A stretch of 64,000 nucleotides of DNA. It comes from Ruditapes philippinarum (taxonomy: Eukaryota). Positions 11,860 through 25,226 of the stretch are shown one piece after another. A program made the position numbers and the translations under genes. Positions within the stretch are counted from its first letter, which is position 1, and each line of letters begins with the position of its first letter. Below the pieces are notes generated by a model. It saw only the letters and a list, made by a program, of their open reading frames with translations, was not told the origin of the DNA and ran no database searches. The DNA is taken from contig NW_026853488.1 of the NCBI RefSeq assembly GCF_026571515.1, positions 62,001-126,000 of the forward strand, written 5' to 3'.

Positions 11860-13289
11860 AAGATGGAATTTAATATGTAATGAATACCTTTAGATAGGAT
11901 TTTATTTTAATTAGTTTCATACATTTTTTACGTATTTTCTGAAAGGGAAATACTGTTCAAATACATGTTTTTAGGATCCATCATTTATTAGCAGTGTTGT
12001 TACACATGTTATAGAAAATGAGAAACCAAAGATTTTTTTAATGTAGTTATCATAGTATCTATTGCTGGCAATAAAGTGGCCTTCATCTTTTCTAAGGTTT
12101 AATATGTTATTTTTTAGATAAAGCATTTCATATCATTGTCAAATCAAAAGAATTAAGTAGGAAATTGAAAATGGCTGTCGATGAAATACATAAACAATAA
12201 GGAAACCCCTCGATACCTCTAACTTACTGAGCTGCTCTCTACATGTAAATTAGTAAAGCAGACTATTCATTTCCCAAGCTTCTATTTTTAGAAAATGAAC
12301 ATTACTGTCTTGCTAAAAATAGCTCTCAGGACACGGTTTTGAAGAAGGCTTAACAGATATATAATATAATTTCCCAATTTTTTGATAGGAATTAATAATA
12401 ATTAATCTGTATTAATTTGTTTAAGAAATATTAATTTTATACTGAAAAAAGAAATATTTAGGATATTTTAATTCTTTGCAATTCATGTTTTAAAATAAAA
12501 TGACCAAAGATTTTACTTAAGACTTAAAATATGTTAATTATTGGCAATATGAAGCATGCTCAATAATATGTTTAGCCAGTACCGCGATGTTAGGGATTTT
12601 AGGAGAATAAATTTTCATCTTGTAGAGTATACATGTGCTTATGTTATATCACTATTTTGTGAAGTCTCCTTGATTATTATAACTTGATCCAACAACCGTA
12701 CACACCAGGCTAATATTACTTTAATGTGATATACATGTACTGTTCATACATATGCATGTGACACCATATTTTTTTTTAGAAGAGAAGAAAAAGCAAAGCA
12801 AATAGGTTAATTCCAATTCTGAAACGATTTGCAATCTATTACATTTATATTGTGATTGTTAAGCTAATAAAACATGTAAAACCTATATCGATTGACAAAG
12901 TTTCTTGTGTTTTATTTACTGTCCCAGCATCAGTGTCCTGGAATAGTCGATATTAACTAATAACTAAATTTAATTACAATTTTTTCTTTCTTTTTTAAGG
13001 TGAGAGTCACATTTCAAGGAGAATTGCTAATACTATGTAAACATTAACCAGGTACTTTAAGTATAAATCGACTAGAAATTAAGATCAAATTATTAAAGGA
13101 ACTCCACTTAGGTCAAAAGTCTAAAAACATTGATCATTACTTAGACACTCAAAACAGAAAAAAGAAGCAAAATATGTTTAAGAAATATACTCGGAATTAA
13201 AAGGAAAACTGTATTGTTGTGCTATTCTTAGCCTGATTTGAGTTAAAAGCTTGTTAATGTTGTTACAACATGAGTATTCAGTTTGTGTC

Positions 13290-16289
13290 ATTTTTTTGTG
13301 CCCCCACTATAGCGGGGGGCATTTAGGTTTACCCTTGTCCGTCCGTTCTCTTTTTGTGTCGCATGTGGCTCAAAGAGTAATTGACCTAGTCATGAAACCT
13401 TACAGGAATGTTGATCAGCATGTGAAGTTGTGCACCTGGGTATTTTCATGTGGATATATTTAGTATTTTAGAGTTATTGCCCTTGACTTAGTAAAAATTT
13501 GCAATTTTCAACTTGTGTCGCACGTAACTCAAAAAGTATTTGACCTAGAGTCATGAAACCTTACAGGAATGTTGATCAGCATGTGAAGTTGTGCACCTGG
13601 GTATTTTCATGTGGATATATTTAGTATTTTTAGAGTTATTGCCCTTGACTTAGTAAAAATTTGCAATTTTCAACTTGTGTCGCACGTAACTCAAAAAATA
13701 TTTGACCTAGAGTCATGAAACCTTACAGGAATGTTGATCAGCATGTGTAGTTGTGCACCTTGGTATTTTTGTGTGGATATTTTTAGTATTTTTAGAGTTA
13801 TTGCCCTTGAATTAGTAAAAATTTCCAATTTTCAACTTGTGTCGCACGTAACTTAAAAGGTATTTGACCTAGAGTCATGAAACCTTACAGGAATGTTGTT
13901 CAGCATGTGTAGTTGTGCACCTGGATATTTTTAGTATTGTTAGAGTTATTGCCCTTGATTGAGTAAAAATTTCCAATTTTCAACTTTGTCACACGTAACA
14001 TAAAAGGTATTTGACCTAGGGTCATGAAATCTTACAGGAATTTTGCTCAGCATGTGTAGTTGTGCACCTGGGTATTTTCGTGTAGATATTTTTAGTATTT
14101 TTAAAGTTATTGCCCTTGACTTAGTAAAATTTTCAACTTGTGTGGCATGGTACTAAAAATTATTTGACCTAGAGTCATGAAACCTTACTGGAATGTTGAT
14201 CAGCATGTGTAGTTGTGCACCTGGGTATTTTCATGTGAATATTTTTAGAGTTATTGCCCTTGACTTAGTAAAAATTTCCAATTTTCAACTTGTGTCGCAC
14301 TTAACCCAAAAAATATTTGACCTAGTCGTGAAACTTTACAGGAATGTCGATCAGCATGTGTAGTTGTGCACCTGGGTATTTTCATGTGGATATTTTTAGA
14401 GTTATTGCCCTTGACTTAGTAAAAATTTCCAATTTTCAACTTGTGTAGCACGCTTCTAAAAAAGTATCTGACCTAGAGTCATGAAACCTTACAGGAATGT
14501 TGCTCAGCATGTGTAGTTGTGCACCTTGGTATTTTTGTGTGGATATATATAGTATTTTTAGAGTTATTGCCCTTGAATTAGTGACAATTTCCAATTTTCA
14601 ACTTGTGTCACACGTAACTTAAAAGGTATTTGACCTAGAGTCATGAAATCTTACAGGAATGTTGCTCAGCATGTGTAGTTGTGCACCATGGTATTTTTGT
14701 GTTGATATACATAGCATTTTGAGAGTTATTGCCCTTGATTTAGTAAAAATTTCCAATTTTAAACTTGTCGCACGCTACTCAAAAAGTATTTGACCTAGAG
14801 TCATGAAATCTTACAGGAATGTTGCTCAGTATGTGAAGTTGTGCACCTGGGTATTTTCGTGTGGATATTTTTAGTATTTTTAAAGTAATTTCCCTTGACT
14901 TAGTAAAATTTCCAATTTTCAACTCGTGTCGCACGTAACTAAAAAGTATTTGACCTAGAGTCATGAAACCTTACAGGAATGTTGATCAGCATGTGAAGTT
15001 GTGCACCTTGGTATTTTCATGTGAATATTTTTAGAGTTATTGCCCTTGACTTAGTAAAAATTGCAATTTTCAACTTGTGTCGCACGTAACCCAAAAAGGT
15101 ATTTGACCTAGAGTCATGAAACCTTACAGGAATGTCGATCAGCATGTGTAGTTGTGCACCTGGGTATTTTTGTGTAGATATTTTTAGTATTTCTAGAGTT
15201 ATTGCCCTTGACTTAGTAAAAAGTTCCAATTTTCAACTTGTATCGCACGCTACTAAAAAAGTATTTGACCTTTAGTCATGAAACCTTACAGGAATGTTGC
15301 TCAGCATGTGTAGTTGTGCACCTTGGTATTTTTGTGTGGATATATATAGTATTTTTAGAGTTATTGCCCTTGAATTAGTGAAAATTTGCAATTTTCAACT
15401 TGTGTCACACGTAACTTAAAAGGTATTTGACCTAGAGTCATGAAATCTTTCAGCAATGTTGCTCAGCATGTGTAGTTGTGCACCTGGGTATTTTCGTGTG
15501 GATATTTTTAGCATTTTTAAAGTAATTGCCCTTGACTTAGTAAAATTTCCAATTTTCAACTCGTGTCACACGTAACTAAAAAGTATTTGACCTAGAGTCA
15601 TGAAACCTTACAGGAATGTTGATCAGCATGTGTAGTTGTGCAGCTGGGTATTTTTGTGCGGATATTTTTAGAGTTATTGCCCTTGACTTAGTAAAACTTT
15701 GCAATTTTCAACTTGTGTCGCACGTAACCCAAAAAATATTTGATCTAGTCATGAAACCTTACAGGAATGTTGCTCAGCCTGTGTAGTTGTGCACCTGGGT
15801 ATTTTTATGTGGATATATAGTATTTTTAGAGTTATTGCCCTTGACTTAGTAAAAATTTCCAATTTTCAACTTTTGTCGCACGCTACTAAAAAAGTATTTG
15901 ACCTAGAGTCATGAAACCTTACAGGAATGTTGCTCAGCATGTGTAGTTGTGCACCTTGGTATTTTTGTGTGGATATTTTTAGAGTTATTGCCCTTGACTT
16001 AGTAAAAATTTACAATATTTAACTTGTGTTGCACATAACTCAAAAAGTTTATGACCTGTAGGCCAGAAAGTTACAAGGATGTTGGTCAGCATGTGTACTT
16101 ATGCACCTTTGAGTTTTCTTGTGGATTTATTCAGTATTTGTAGTATTTATCCTTTACTTAATAAAAGATTTTTAGTTTTCTACTTGTAGAAACATGTAGC
16201 CAAAAAAAAAAATTTGACCTAGAGACATAAATAAGATTGACAAATCGGTGGAGTGTGGGGGCACCCATTTCCTATGGACACATTTCTAG
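13290..16289 (+). mobile_element. HINE/Helentron-like element with ~18 copies of a ~150-163 bp unit
   Basis: SubTIR GTGCCCCCAC (~13298) and GTGGGGGCAC (~16255), 5' hairpin, GTCC microsatellite, unit catgaaaccttacaggaatgttg repeating at ~162 bp, 3' end ggacacatttctag. Confidence 0.85.
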
Positions 16290-16299
16290 AATGCTAGAA

Positions 16300-16470
16300 T
16301 CCTGCAAGGGACTTGTGAAAGCTATCCAGCTAGCTTATGATTCGTCAGTGGTTCTGCTCAGGTGCCTGTTCATGCCTGAAATAATGCTTAGAGGGGCACC
16401 TGATCTTCCTCCATCAGTAAAGCTGGGAAGTTGCCCATATGACCTTTACAGTGTTGTTGTGTCCTAAATT
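16300..16470 (+). mobile_element. SINE body fragment
   Basis: gctatccagctagctta...gtggttctgctcaggtgcc resembles the reverse complement of the fragment at ~24490-24690. Confidence 0.45.
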
Positions 16471-16769
16471 TGATGCTTTACAACCTGATGTTATCAGTTA
16501 CTGATAACTTAAGAATTATCAATCAGATGGTAATGTTTTTGACTTAAAATAATTATCACAATCTTATAGACTGAAAATACTGTCAACCTGCAGCAAACAC
16601 AATTTGACCTTGTCCACTGTGTAGCCCCATATGACAACAGAACTCCACTTTGATGTGTCACCTTGTGAACAGTATATTAACACCACTCTTACAATGTACA
16701 TGTACCTTGAACTTTAGTGGCATTTTATTTAAACTGATTGTAACAGTGTTACATCAGAATTGCTTTATT

Positions 16770-17639
16770 GTGTAGGAGATTTGGCACAGACAAAAAAAGT
16801 ATAATAATTAACAAAGGGTAATAACTCTTAAATCATTAAGTCCAGAGTATCCGTTTTTGTGCACTGCTCTTCTTCTCAATGAGAGCTATCATCCTATGAA
16901 GTTTCAAGTTCACAGCTTTTATAGTTTAGGTGAAATGGCCTGGACAAAAATAAAGTATGTAAAACAAAGGGCAAGTACTCAAAAATTAAGAAGTGCAGAG
17001 ACCCAGTTCTTGTGCTCTGCACTGCTATCGTCCTATTAAGTTTCAAGTCCATAGCTTTTAAAGTTTAGGAGAAATGGCCCGAACAAAAATAAAGTATGAA
17101 AATTAACAAAGGACAATACAAAATGTAACTCCAAAAATAAGACGGGCAGAATACCGGTTTTTGTGCACTGCACTTCTTAATGAGATCTATCATCCTATGA
17201 AGTTTCAAGTCCATAGCTTAAAAGTTTAGGAGAAATGGCCCGGACAAAAATAAAGTATGAAAATTAACAAAGGACAATAACTCCAAAAATAAGATGGGCA
17301 GAATACCAGTTTTTGTGCACTGCACTTCTTAATGAGATCTGTCATCCTATGAAGTTTCAAGTCCATAGCTTAAAAGTTTAGGAGAAATGGCCTGGACAAA
17401 AATAAAGTTTGAAAATTAACAAAGGATAATAACTCAAAAATTAAGAAGCGCAGAGTAACAATTCTTGTGTACTGCACTTCCGGTCACTGAAAGAGACATG
17501 CATACCTAGTTTGGAGTTAATCTGACTTCTAGTGACTGAGTTATGCTCCGGACAAGCCTTAGGGGACGCGGCACCCGACAACGATGCCCCCCAACAAAAG
17601 CAACCCCTATATGTCGCCTTTTTCAAGACGACACAATAA
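16770..17639 (-). mobile_element. HINE-like element (minus) with ~150 bp tandem units
   Basis: Minus-strand head ttattgtgtcgtcttgaaaaaggcgacatataggg (hairpin); repeated gtgcactgcacttc...atcctatgaagtttcaagt units (17161, 17313). Confidence 0.75.
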
Positions 17640-19454
17640 GTCTGTGTCAAAGCATGCCAACGCTATCTGATGTAATGCTATTTAAATGACAGCTTAATGG
17701 TGTATGATTGTTAATTCAGCTTAATGGGATTTAGACAAGTGAAAAGATATCCAGATATTTTTTAGAAACTCATTGGTGCCATTGTGCTTAAAACAGCTGA
17801 GGAAATCCTGGATAACCTATGGTGCGAGGCATTTTTAGATAAAAATAAGCCAACATTTAAGATGCAAAGGCCAAAACAATACACCTATGCAATAAGAAAT
17901 ATGATAAAGAAAACAAAAATTTAAGTCGATCAATATAATATTGTACAGCCATAAAAACCATATCATATAAACTTCATATTTTCCACTTTGAACAAATATA
18001 ATGCAACACACTTATCCAGCTTGAATCAAAAGGGTTTAGCCTTTGTCACCAGTACAGAGCCATTACAGTCTGTACATGATTATTCCTGCAGGCAGGTCAG
18101 ACTCTTACTGTAATCTTTTGGATGACTTATTTCATTTTTTTTATTTAATAACCCAAAATTGAAAATGAACAATTCCAAAAATAGAAACTGGACAAATTTT
18201 CCATGTCTCAAAGCAGATCCCTGGCCTTTTTGACACTTTTAAGACCAAATATATTACAATAATATCTCCTTCAAAATATACAATATAAAACACAAAATAC
18301 AATTTTGGTTTCATCTTTAATTTACAAATCCTCAATTAAAATAATCTGAATTTGTTAAACTTAACTCAATTTTCAAAGGAACATGCTACATGCCCGTCAT
18401 TAATATTTACATACACTTACAGAATTTACATGCTTGATAACAGTTTCACATTTACAATTTATTCAAATATTAAACACAATTATGATTGCATCCAAATTCA
18501 AATTCAAACATTTACACCATGATAATTATGACTTTAACCCTTGTCCTGCTAGAACCGAATTGGTTAGTCTTTGCTACCAATACAAAGCCAGGCCAAGAAC
18601 CACTGATAGCTAACAAACTTTTAATTTAAATTTTCATCTTGATATCCCAAATCTTGACAAAGAACCATTCCAAAATGAATACTGGAATAGCCTTTCAAAG
18701 GCACATTTTGCCTAAAAAGTCCATATTTTTTTAATTTCTTAGAGGTGTTAAACATTTGCTCACAGCAGAGTAGGGCCTGAAGGTGATAATCGGCCAACAA
18801 AATGAATAATGGCCCTGCGGGCACCAGTTGCCAACAGAGTAAAAGTAGCGAAAAAAGGTTCCTGTATAAGGCAAACGAGTACTGATTTTCAGAAATGTAC
18901 CAAGATACCAAAAACTAAAAGTTTTGAGAAATAAAATAAAATTAAAAGCATAATGGGCCTTTAAACAAATACAGCAGATCAAGGGTTACATGCAGATGCT
19001 TATAAGACATATTAAGAACATTACATGAAATAGTTCATTGTAAATAAAGAAATAAACTTATTGAACAGTGCAGACTGACAGGTATTTAACTTGTCAACAG
19101 ATTGAGATTTTCTTACACAGTTAATGCCCTTGATTATCGTGAACATCTAATATTATCTGGACATGATAAAATCATGGCAGTTTCATAATGCTTCATTATT
19201 CATAATATGGAAATATGAATTAGTGTCTAAAAACTATAAACACATTCATACAACTATTTTGACTCTGCATCTTGAGTGCCATTACAAAGACATGATCAAA
19301 TAAAGAGTGTGTCGCAATCAGATTTAGTCTAATGAATGGCACCATTTCTTTTTTAATATACCAATGTACAGTTTCTGATTGATCATTCATTCTTCACATG
19401 ATGTCTTTGAGTCAAAAAATGATTTATGTAAATGAGCTCTAAAATGTCCTGACA

Positions 19455-21180
19455 TTAACTTTTGATCCATTTGTAAAATTTGTATGCACAAATAATTCCA
19501 GATATTATAGCAATAATATTGTGTAGCTTTTTTCTACGAGCGTCCTCTTTCCGTACAAGAACTACAGGTGTGACTGTGTTGAGATTTTCTAGAATTTTTT
19601 CCAACTTTGGTAAATTGTCTTCGACCTGATATTTGCAACAGGGGTCATACTGCCACGAAACTGCATAGACACTGGCGCAAAATACGCTGAGAACACCACA
19701 AGATATTATAACATAGTTCCTTGAGCTGTCCACATACAATGTAACTCCGCTTAGAAAGCCAGTCACAACTGCTGTTTTGTGTAAACAATTCCCTACTTTA
19801 ATCCATCTAGCTGTTTCGTCACCGAGGGTTTTAGGTTCAATGACAATAAACTCTGCCTGAGCATCTAGTGCTCTATCTAACTCCATTTCTAAATCTTCAT
19901 CAGTAAATTCCTCAGTGTCTGGCTCCTGGATAATAACATACTCTGGTGGACCCCCAGGACTGTAACAAAAACAAATATACAATTAATCATTCTCTGAACT
20001 TGATGGAATACACAAATTGTCTGGTTTTGGTAAGTGAAAATTATTTCAATTATTGATCAGACTCTGAAATTCTACTGCTTACATGTAGAAGTTGGAATGG
20101 AGAAGGTTTAACCGGTGAGCGAGAAAGTGTATCTTGGCGAGCTTTACAAGCCAAAAATCACTTTCACAGCGAACCGGATAAACCTTCTTCATTCCGACAT
20201 CAACCATGTATTCCATTTATACTGCTATTGTGTAGTCATGGTTTTAGATTACTTAAATGGTTTCATTCTTACTTTTCCCACAATAAAACAGCGTCTTTAT
20301 GTAGTTGTTTGATGCTTGATAATGAGACATAATGACTGGAAATAGATAAGATTTTTGGGCAATGCCTTATCTAGTCCAAGTAATTGTACAAGGTGATGTG
20401 ATATTGTGCTATTTTTAGTAAGGGTACGGTACTAAATTCTGACCCACAACAAAACACATTTCAGAATCTAGCTTTTGCACGTCAATGTATTTTGACTAGG
20501 CTTTATCCAGCTGATAATATGGCCAGGAGCAGGATAAATAACTTTTCTTAAGAACGTTTTCAACTTCAAGTAAAAAAATATCTGACAAAAGTGGAACGGT
20601 GGAAGTGATCTGTACATTTACGTAACAAATTGGGTACATAATTAGCCGCTTTGGGTACTTTTTGCCACAGATTTGACAAAATTTTGGGCCGGATAATCTT
20701 CGGGCCGGACTGTAACAGTTTTCGAAATTAGCACTAGTCCTATAGCCCCTGACTACTAAATTTCTCCTCGGGCTACCAACTTTTCAAAGTAACAAGCCCA
20801 GCCAGACTATTGTATTTTCAGAGGCAATATAAACCACAGTTTTGAACAAATGAATTGTGCTAGTGAAATGTCTTTTGGGCTATTGAATATTCCAATCTGG
20901 TAGTCCGACCAGCCTAGTGCTTTCAAATCCGAATTTCGTACACTGCTGTAATTCGATCTGCACCTTCAATGGCTTCATCAGTGTTTCATTTACTCGAGCT
21001 TGTGTTATGAATAAAATCTACTCAATTTTGAGCATGCATAACTAAATACTTTGTTTTGAATAGATTTCTTATTACTTATCTTTACATTTAAAATGCTACA
21101 TATATGTTGCCAATCTACAAATGATTATATAAATCTAAAAAGTTTTAACTGTACCGAGTTCTGGCAGTTGTGACCGCCAT
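19455..21180 (-). CDS. TMEM11: Transmembrane protein 11, mitochondrial; exons 21180..21155 and 19959..19455 (176 aa)
   Basis: ELDRALDA, IVIEPxxLGDETARWIKVGNCLHKTAV, SWQYDPCCKYQVE and PVVLVRKEDARRKKLHN are diagnostic of TMEM11/PMI. Exon 1 ATG GCG GTC ACA ACT GCC AGA ACT CG|gtac splices in phase 2 to ttacag|T CCT GGG. Confidence 0.93.
20716..20945. mobile_element. 230 bp MITE with CAG..CTG termini and 6-bp TSD (CTGTAA) in the TMEM11 intron
   Basis: Imperfect TIR cagttttcgaaatt / aatttcgtacactg; ctgtaa at 20710-20715 and 20946-20951. Confidence 0.75.
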
Positions 21181-22534
21181 TTTTGTGAAGGGAATTAACT
21201 CTGTTCTTTGCTAAATACCGATATCCGGTATAACTAGTAATGAATAAATACCGGTATCCGGTATAATTAGTAATGGACATTTCGGATTATAGACAATTCG
21301 GATAATTTTAGGACATTTCGGACTATGTCTTCAATCATTCGGACCATAGCACAGGAGACCTTGATCCATATCAAAATAATAATTTTATATTAATCTATTA
21401 TTGATCTTAATCATAGATTAATTTTTTGATAGTTGAAATAGTAGTCAGGTCGGAATTACAGTCAACCCTGCCCCAAGTCAACCCGGCCTCAAAATTGGTC
21501 AACCCGGCCCCAAAATTGGTTTCTGAACTTCTCGATTTCAACTCGTCATTCCCAAAAATGATCTTAAAGTTAAAAAAATATGCCTGAAAATATTTATAAT
21601 GCTGGTTTAAGTATAATGTCATAGCAGCCGTATATATTTATTGATTTATTTTTATTTGATTTACGGTAAAATATTTGGTCCGTATACGTTTTGGCAAATT
21701 AGCTAGGCGTTACTTTTTCGTTAATTGCACATTCCTGCGTTACTAGATATATACACAGTGGTCTTTGTCATACCTGTAGGATGATGACGATATGTAAAAG
21801 TCACATGTTTTAAACAATATGTGCTTTGTTAATTTCACTTGACTTCTGGTTTACATTTTAATGTTTTTCCCTGGGAGATCTTGAACTTAAACTGTGTAAT
21901 TAAGAAATAACGTATAGTTATGGGATACGGAGAAAAAAAAGAAGCGCATGATATATATAGGAAGTCTTATTTTTACAATTTTAGATTGATATAGAGACAA
22001 ATCATTGATCGTGTTAATAAGAAGTTTCTGAAATCAATAGTTATATGAGACATAGTTTTCTTGCTTGTTATACATGTTTATACTGCATAACCATGATAAC
22101 AGTACACGATTTACTCAATATGTTTGATCGATAACTTCACCTTGGTATTTTTAAGACCTATAATTCTCGCATGATGGGGAAATTAATTACTTACCCTGTC
22201 ATGGTTCGTTCATCTGTACCCATGTATCCTTTCTGTACAACAGATCTCGAAGCGCTCTATATAATTTTAATTAACCAGATCTCACTTTAATCCATACCCT
22301 TTAAAGCCCCCTCTATAATTTACAATCATGTAACAAAATTATCAGTCCATCACTCTGGCTCAAAACAGCTTCAGTGTTCGGCGTATCGTTCCGTGACTTC
22401 ATGACAGAAAATATGTAACTGCGAATTTAAATTTTTTTTATTAACACGAAGTTAAACGACAAAACAAGATTTACGTACTTCGTCCACATTTTCCTGTGTA
22501 TATATGTAAGCTTTATTTTACGAAAGATTGTGGG

Positions 22535-22712
22535 GACATTTCAACTTCACGAATTCACTGTTTCATCCTCGTGAATTCACAATTTTAACTTCGTAAATTA
22601 AATTCACGATTTCAACTTCACGAATTCACGATTTCATCTTGACAGATTCCATGATTTCAACTTTACGAACATCATAAAATTGAAATCGTAAAGTTCAAAA
22701 CTTGAATTCATG
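22535..22712. repeat. Degenerate ~21 bp tandem repeat (aattcacgatttcaacttcacg)
   Basis: Repeated motif directly visible; probably a MITE interior. Confidence 0.6.
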
Positions 22713-24074
22713 TTAATTAAATGACACTAGAGTGCTTAAAGTATATGAGTCTAATAATACCCGTATATCACAAATTTCACATGAAATTATATATGATAGT
22801 ATACGGGGATGTGTCAGATAAGTAATTCTTGATTATATTTCGGGAATCGTTAGATTCATTTTTTTTATAAAGGATTCTGGTGCCAGTGGTCCCATCGGTC
22901 TTTCGTATTTACGTCACTAACTATTGAGTTCATAGACGTAGCGTGTTATTCTTCATAATTTTCATGTAATGTGAAATGACATTGAATAGACGGAATTCTT
23001 TTGATTTGAAATTACGTTTACTGTGTGTCATTAAAAGTGTTTCTTCGCTTTGTTTTTTTTTTCTCCATCTTTTGAAAGTATAACAAATGAAAGTTTAAAG
23101 GCATATTCTACAGTTACACCTATAGACATAAAGGCAGCTTGAAAACTGTATAATAGAATTTGTTTAAACTTTGAATGAACTTGAATAAAAAACAATTGTG
23201 TAAATATGTCACAGCGGGAACTGAGTAGATAGATACATGTAAACCAGGCTGTACATCCTGTACTGAACCGATCGACTCTGTAATTATGGCAAGCTTGATA
23301 TTCCTGCGCCAGATTGATCGATAGTTTTAAAAACAAAATTGAAGCTTAAAAAGTGCATTTTACAAATTTATGAGGTTAAGATTAGGCTTGCAAATATGCA
23401 CAGCCTTACTCGTGTCAAAATTGTCGGCTGCTAAAGTTTTATCCATCATTTCTTGCTTTACGTTACCCATTTTATTGCAAGTAGGATAAGTCGAATATAG
23501 AAATTAATTGCGTACTTGGGCAAAAATGCCCCCAATGTTTTTATTTGCAAACAAAGTGTGAAATATATCTCTGATTGTCAATGCATATAAAACGTTTTTG
23601 AAACGTTTTATAAAATTAGTGTTTTGCAAAAAAAAAATACTTAATACACAGGATGAAGTGTAGAAAAAGCTGCAAACTCAAACTTTCCCAAGAAATTATA
23701 TATGACCTTTTGAAAATATCATAGCGAACTTAAAAGGACGAAATCATACCCCCGCTTGGTTTGCGTTATTATTGTTGTATATAAACCGATTCAAGACATA
23801 TCTGTGGAAATTAGCTAGCCTCCTTATCAATAACAATAAGGAAATGGCACGATTTTAATTAAAGTCTGCCCTTTAATAAAAGGGTGGACGGCTCTAAATT
23901 TGTCCTTTTCTCGTAAGAGGATGGGAATCATGTGATGCGTGTATGTGGTCGTACGGTCACTTTCCTTGCAACATATGTCCTCGATGCATGTATATGGTCG
24001 CATGGTCGAAAATCTCTTAAATAAGTGTTTCGATACGAAACCATCTGTTCCAAAATTTAAATGATCGTAAAAAC

Positions 24075-24470
24075 ACCGTTTAACTCATAATAAGGATTTT
24101 TAAAAGCATAATAAGGACCTCTTTACATATAATTAGGAGTTATAAAAGCCTAATTTTGACTTTAATTCTCATAAATAGGACAGATTAAAAACAACCTTAT
24201 TTCAACTTTGTCACTCCCAGTTACAACTAATTAGGAACTTTAACTCATAATTAGGAGAAATAAACCTTATTAAAACTTTGTAACTCTTGAGGAGTTCTGA
24301 AAGCCTAATTAGAAGAAATAGATATATTACGAGGATCTTCAAAAGCCTAAATATAAAATAAAAACCTAATTTGAACTTTGTATCTTCTAATTAGGTTATT
24401 ATACAAAGAACAAATAAGATTTCTATTTCTCATACGTTTTTAAAATTTTTATTAGGACATGCAAAGTCTT
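24075..24470. repeat. Degenerate AT-rich tandem repeat (taactcataattagga-like units)
   Basis: Recurring aattagga / cctaatt / aactttg motifs. Confidence 0.5.
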
Positions 24471-24489
24471 AATAAGTTTTTAGACATTA

Positions 24490-24690
24490 AAACGTTAACA
24501 CCAACGAAGTAAGGTCATATACTGACTTTCTAGCCTTACTGGTACAGGAAGACCTCCGGTGCTCCTCGATCCGTGCACGAAAGAACGGCAACCTGAGTAG
24601 AACCACCCACGTTCCGTAAGATTCATCACATGAAACAATCCTAAGTTCATGGCAGGATTCGAACTTGCGGGACAAGTAGACAGACACTAG
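24490..24690 (-). mobile_element. Degenerate tRNA-derived SINE
   Basis: Minus-strand B-box-like gttcgaatcc at ~24655-24664; body related to 16300-16470. Confidence 0.5.
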
Positions 24691-25157
24691 CTAGTCTACT
24701 TATAAATTTTGCAAAAGTTCGCAAAGCAATTCACTTAAAAGATGAGTATTATGTGCATCAAAAATGTAGAGTAGTTTCATACTATATTTTAATCAATGTT
24801 TTTTACATTTTAATTGCAAAGAAAAAAGAACATTTAAAGTGAATTGGTCTATGCTGGAAAGTATGCGATATCATAAATATTTATGTTTATAGTAGAATGT
24901 ATGATACCATGAAATAATTATGTGGATCTTGATAATAAAATTAATAATAAAAAATGAATTGATACAAAATATTAGTAGTTCATCATATATTATGTCATTT
25001 TAAATCATATAGAACCAGATAAACATTTTCTGTCAAAGAAATATTTTGTAAGAATGATATTTGAAACGTTTCTTCAAAATGAGCCCAATGTAGACCAATC
25101 CACTTTAAAAGCATTCTGGTTTATAGTAAAGCACGTGCGTAAAATGGAAAGTTAATT

Positions 25158-25226
25158 AGCGAAAACACGCTAATTAGCAGGGGCGCGGGTTCGCCCTGCG
25201 CCCCTGCTAATTAGCGTGTTTTCGCT
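25158..25226. repeat. Perfect 29-bp-arm inverted repeat (hairpin) with 11-nt loop
   Basis: agcgaaaacacgctaattagcaggggcgc - gggttcgccct - gcgcccctgctaattagcgtgttttcgct. Confidence 0.9.

Noticed and set aside
7379-16289. Regular arrays as a possible CRISPR or other repeat-spacer system
   Set aside because: Whole units repeat with no unique spacers, there are no cas genes, and the context is eukaryotic with HINE termini.
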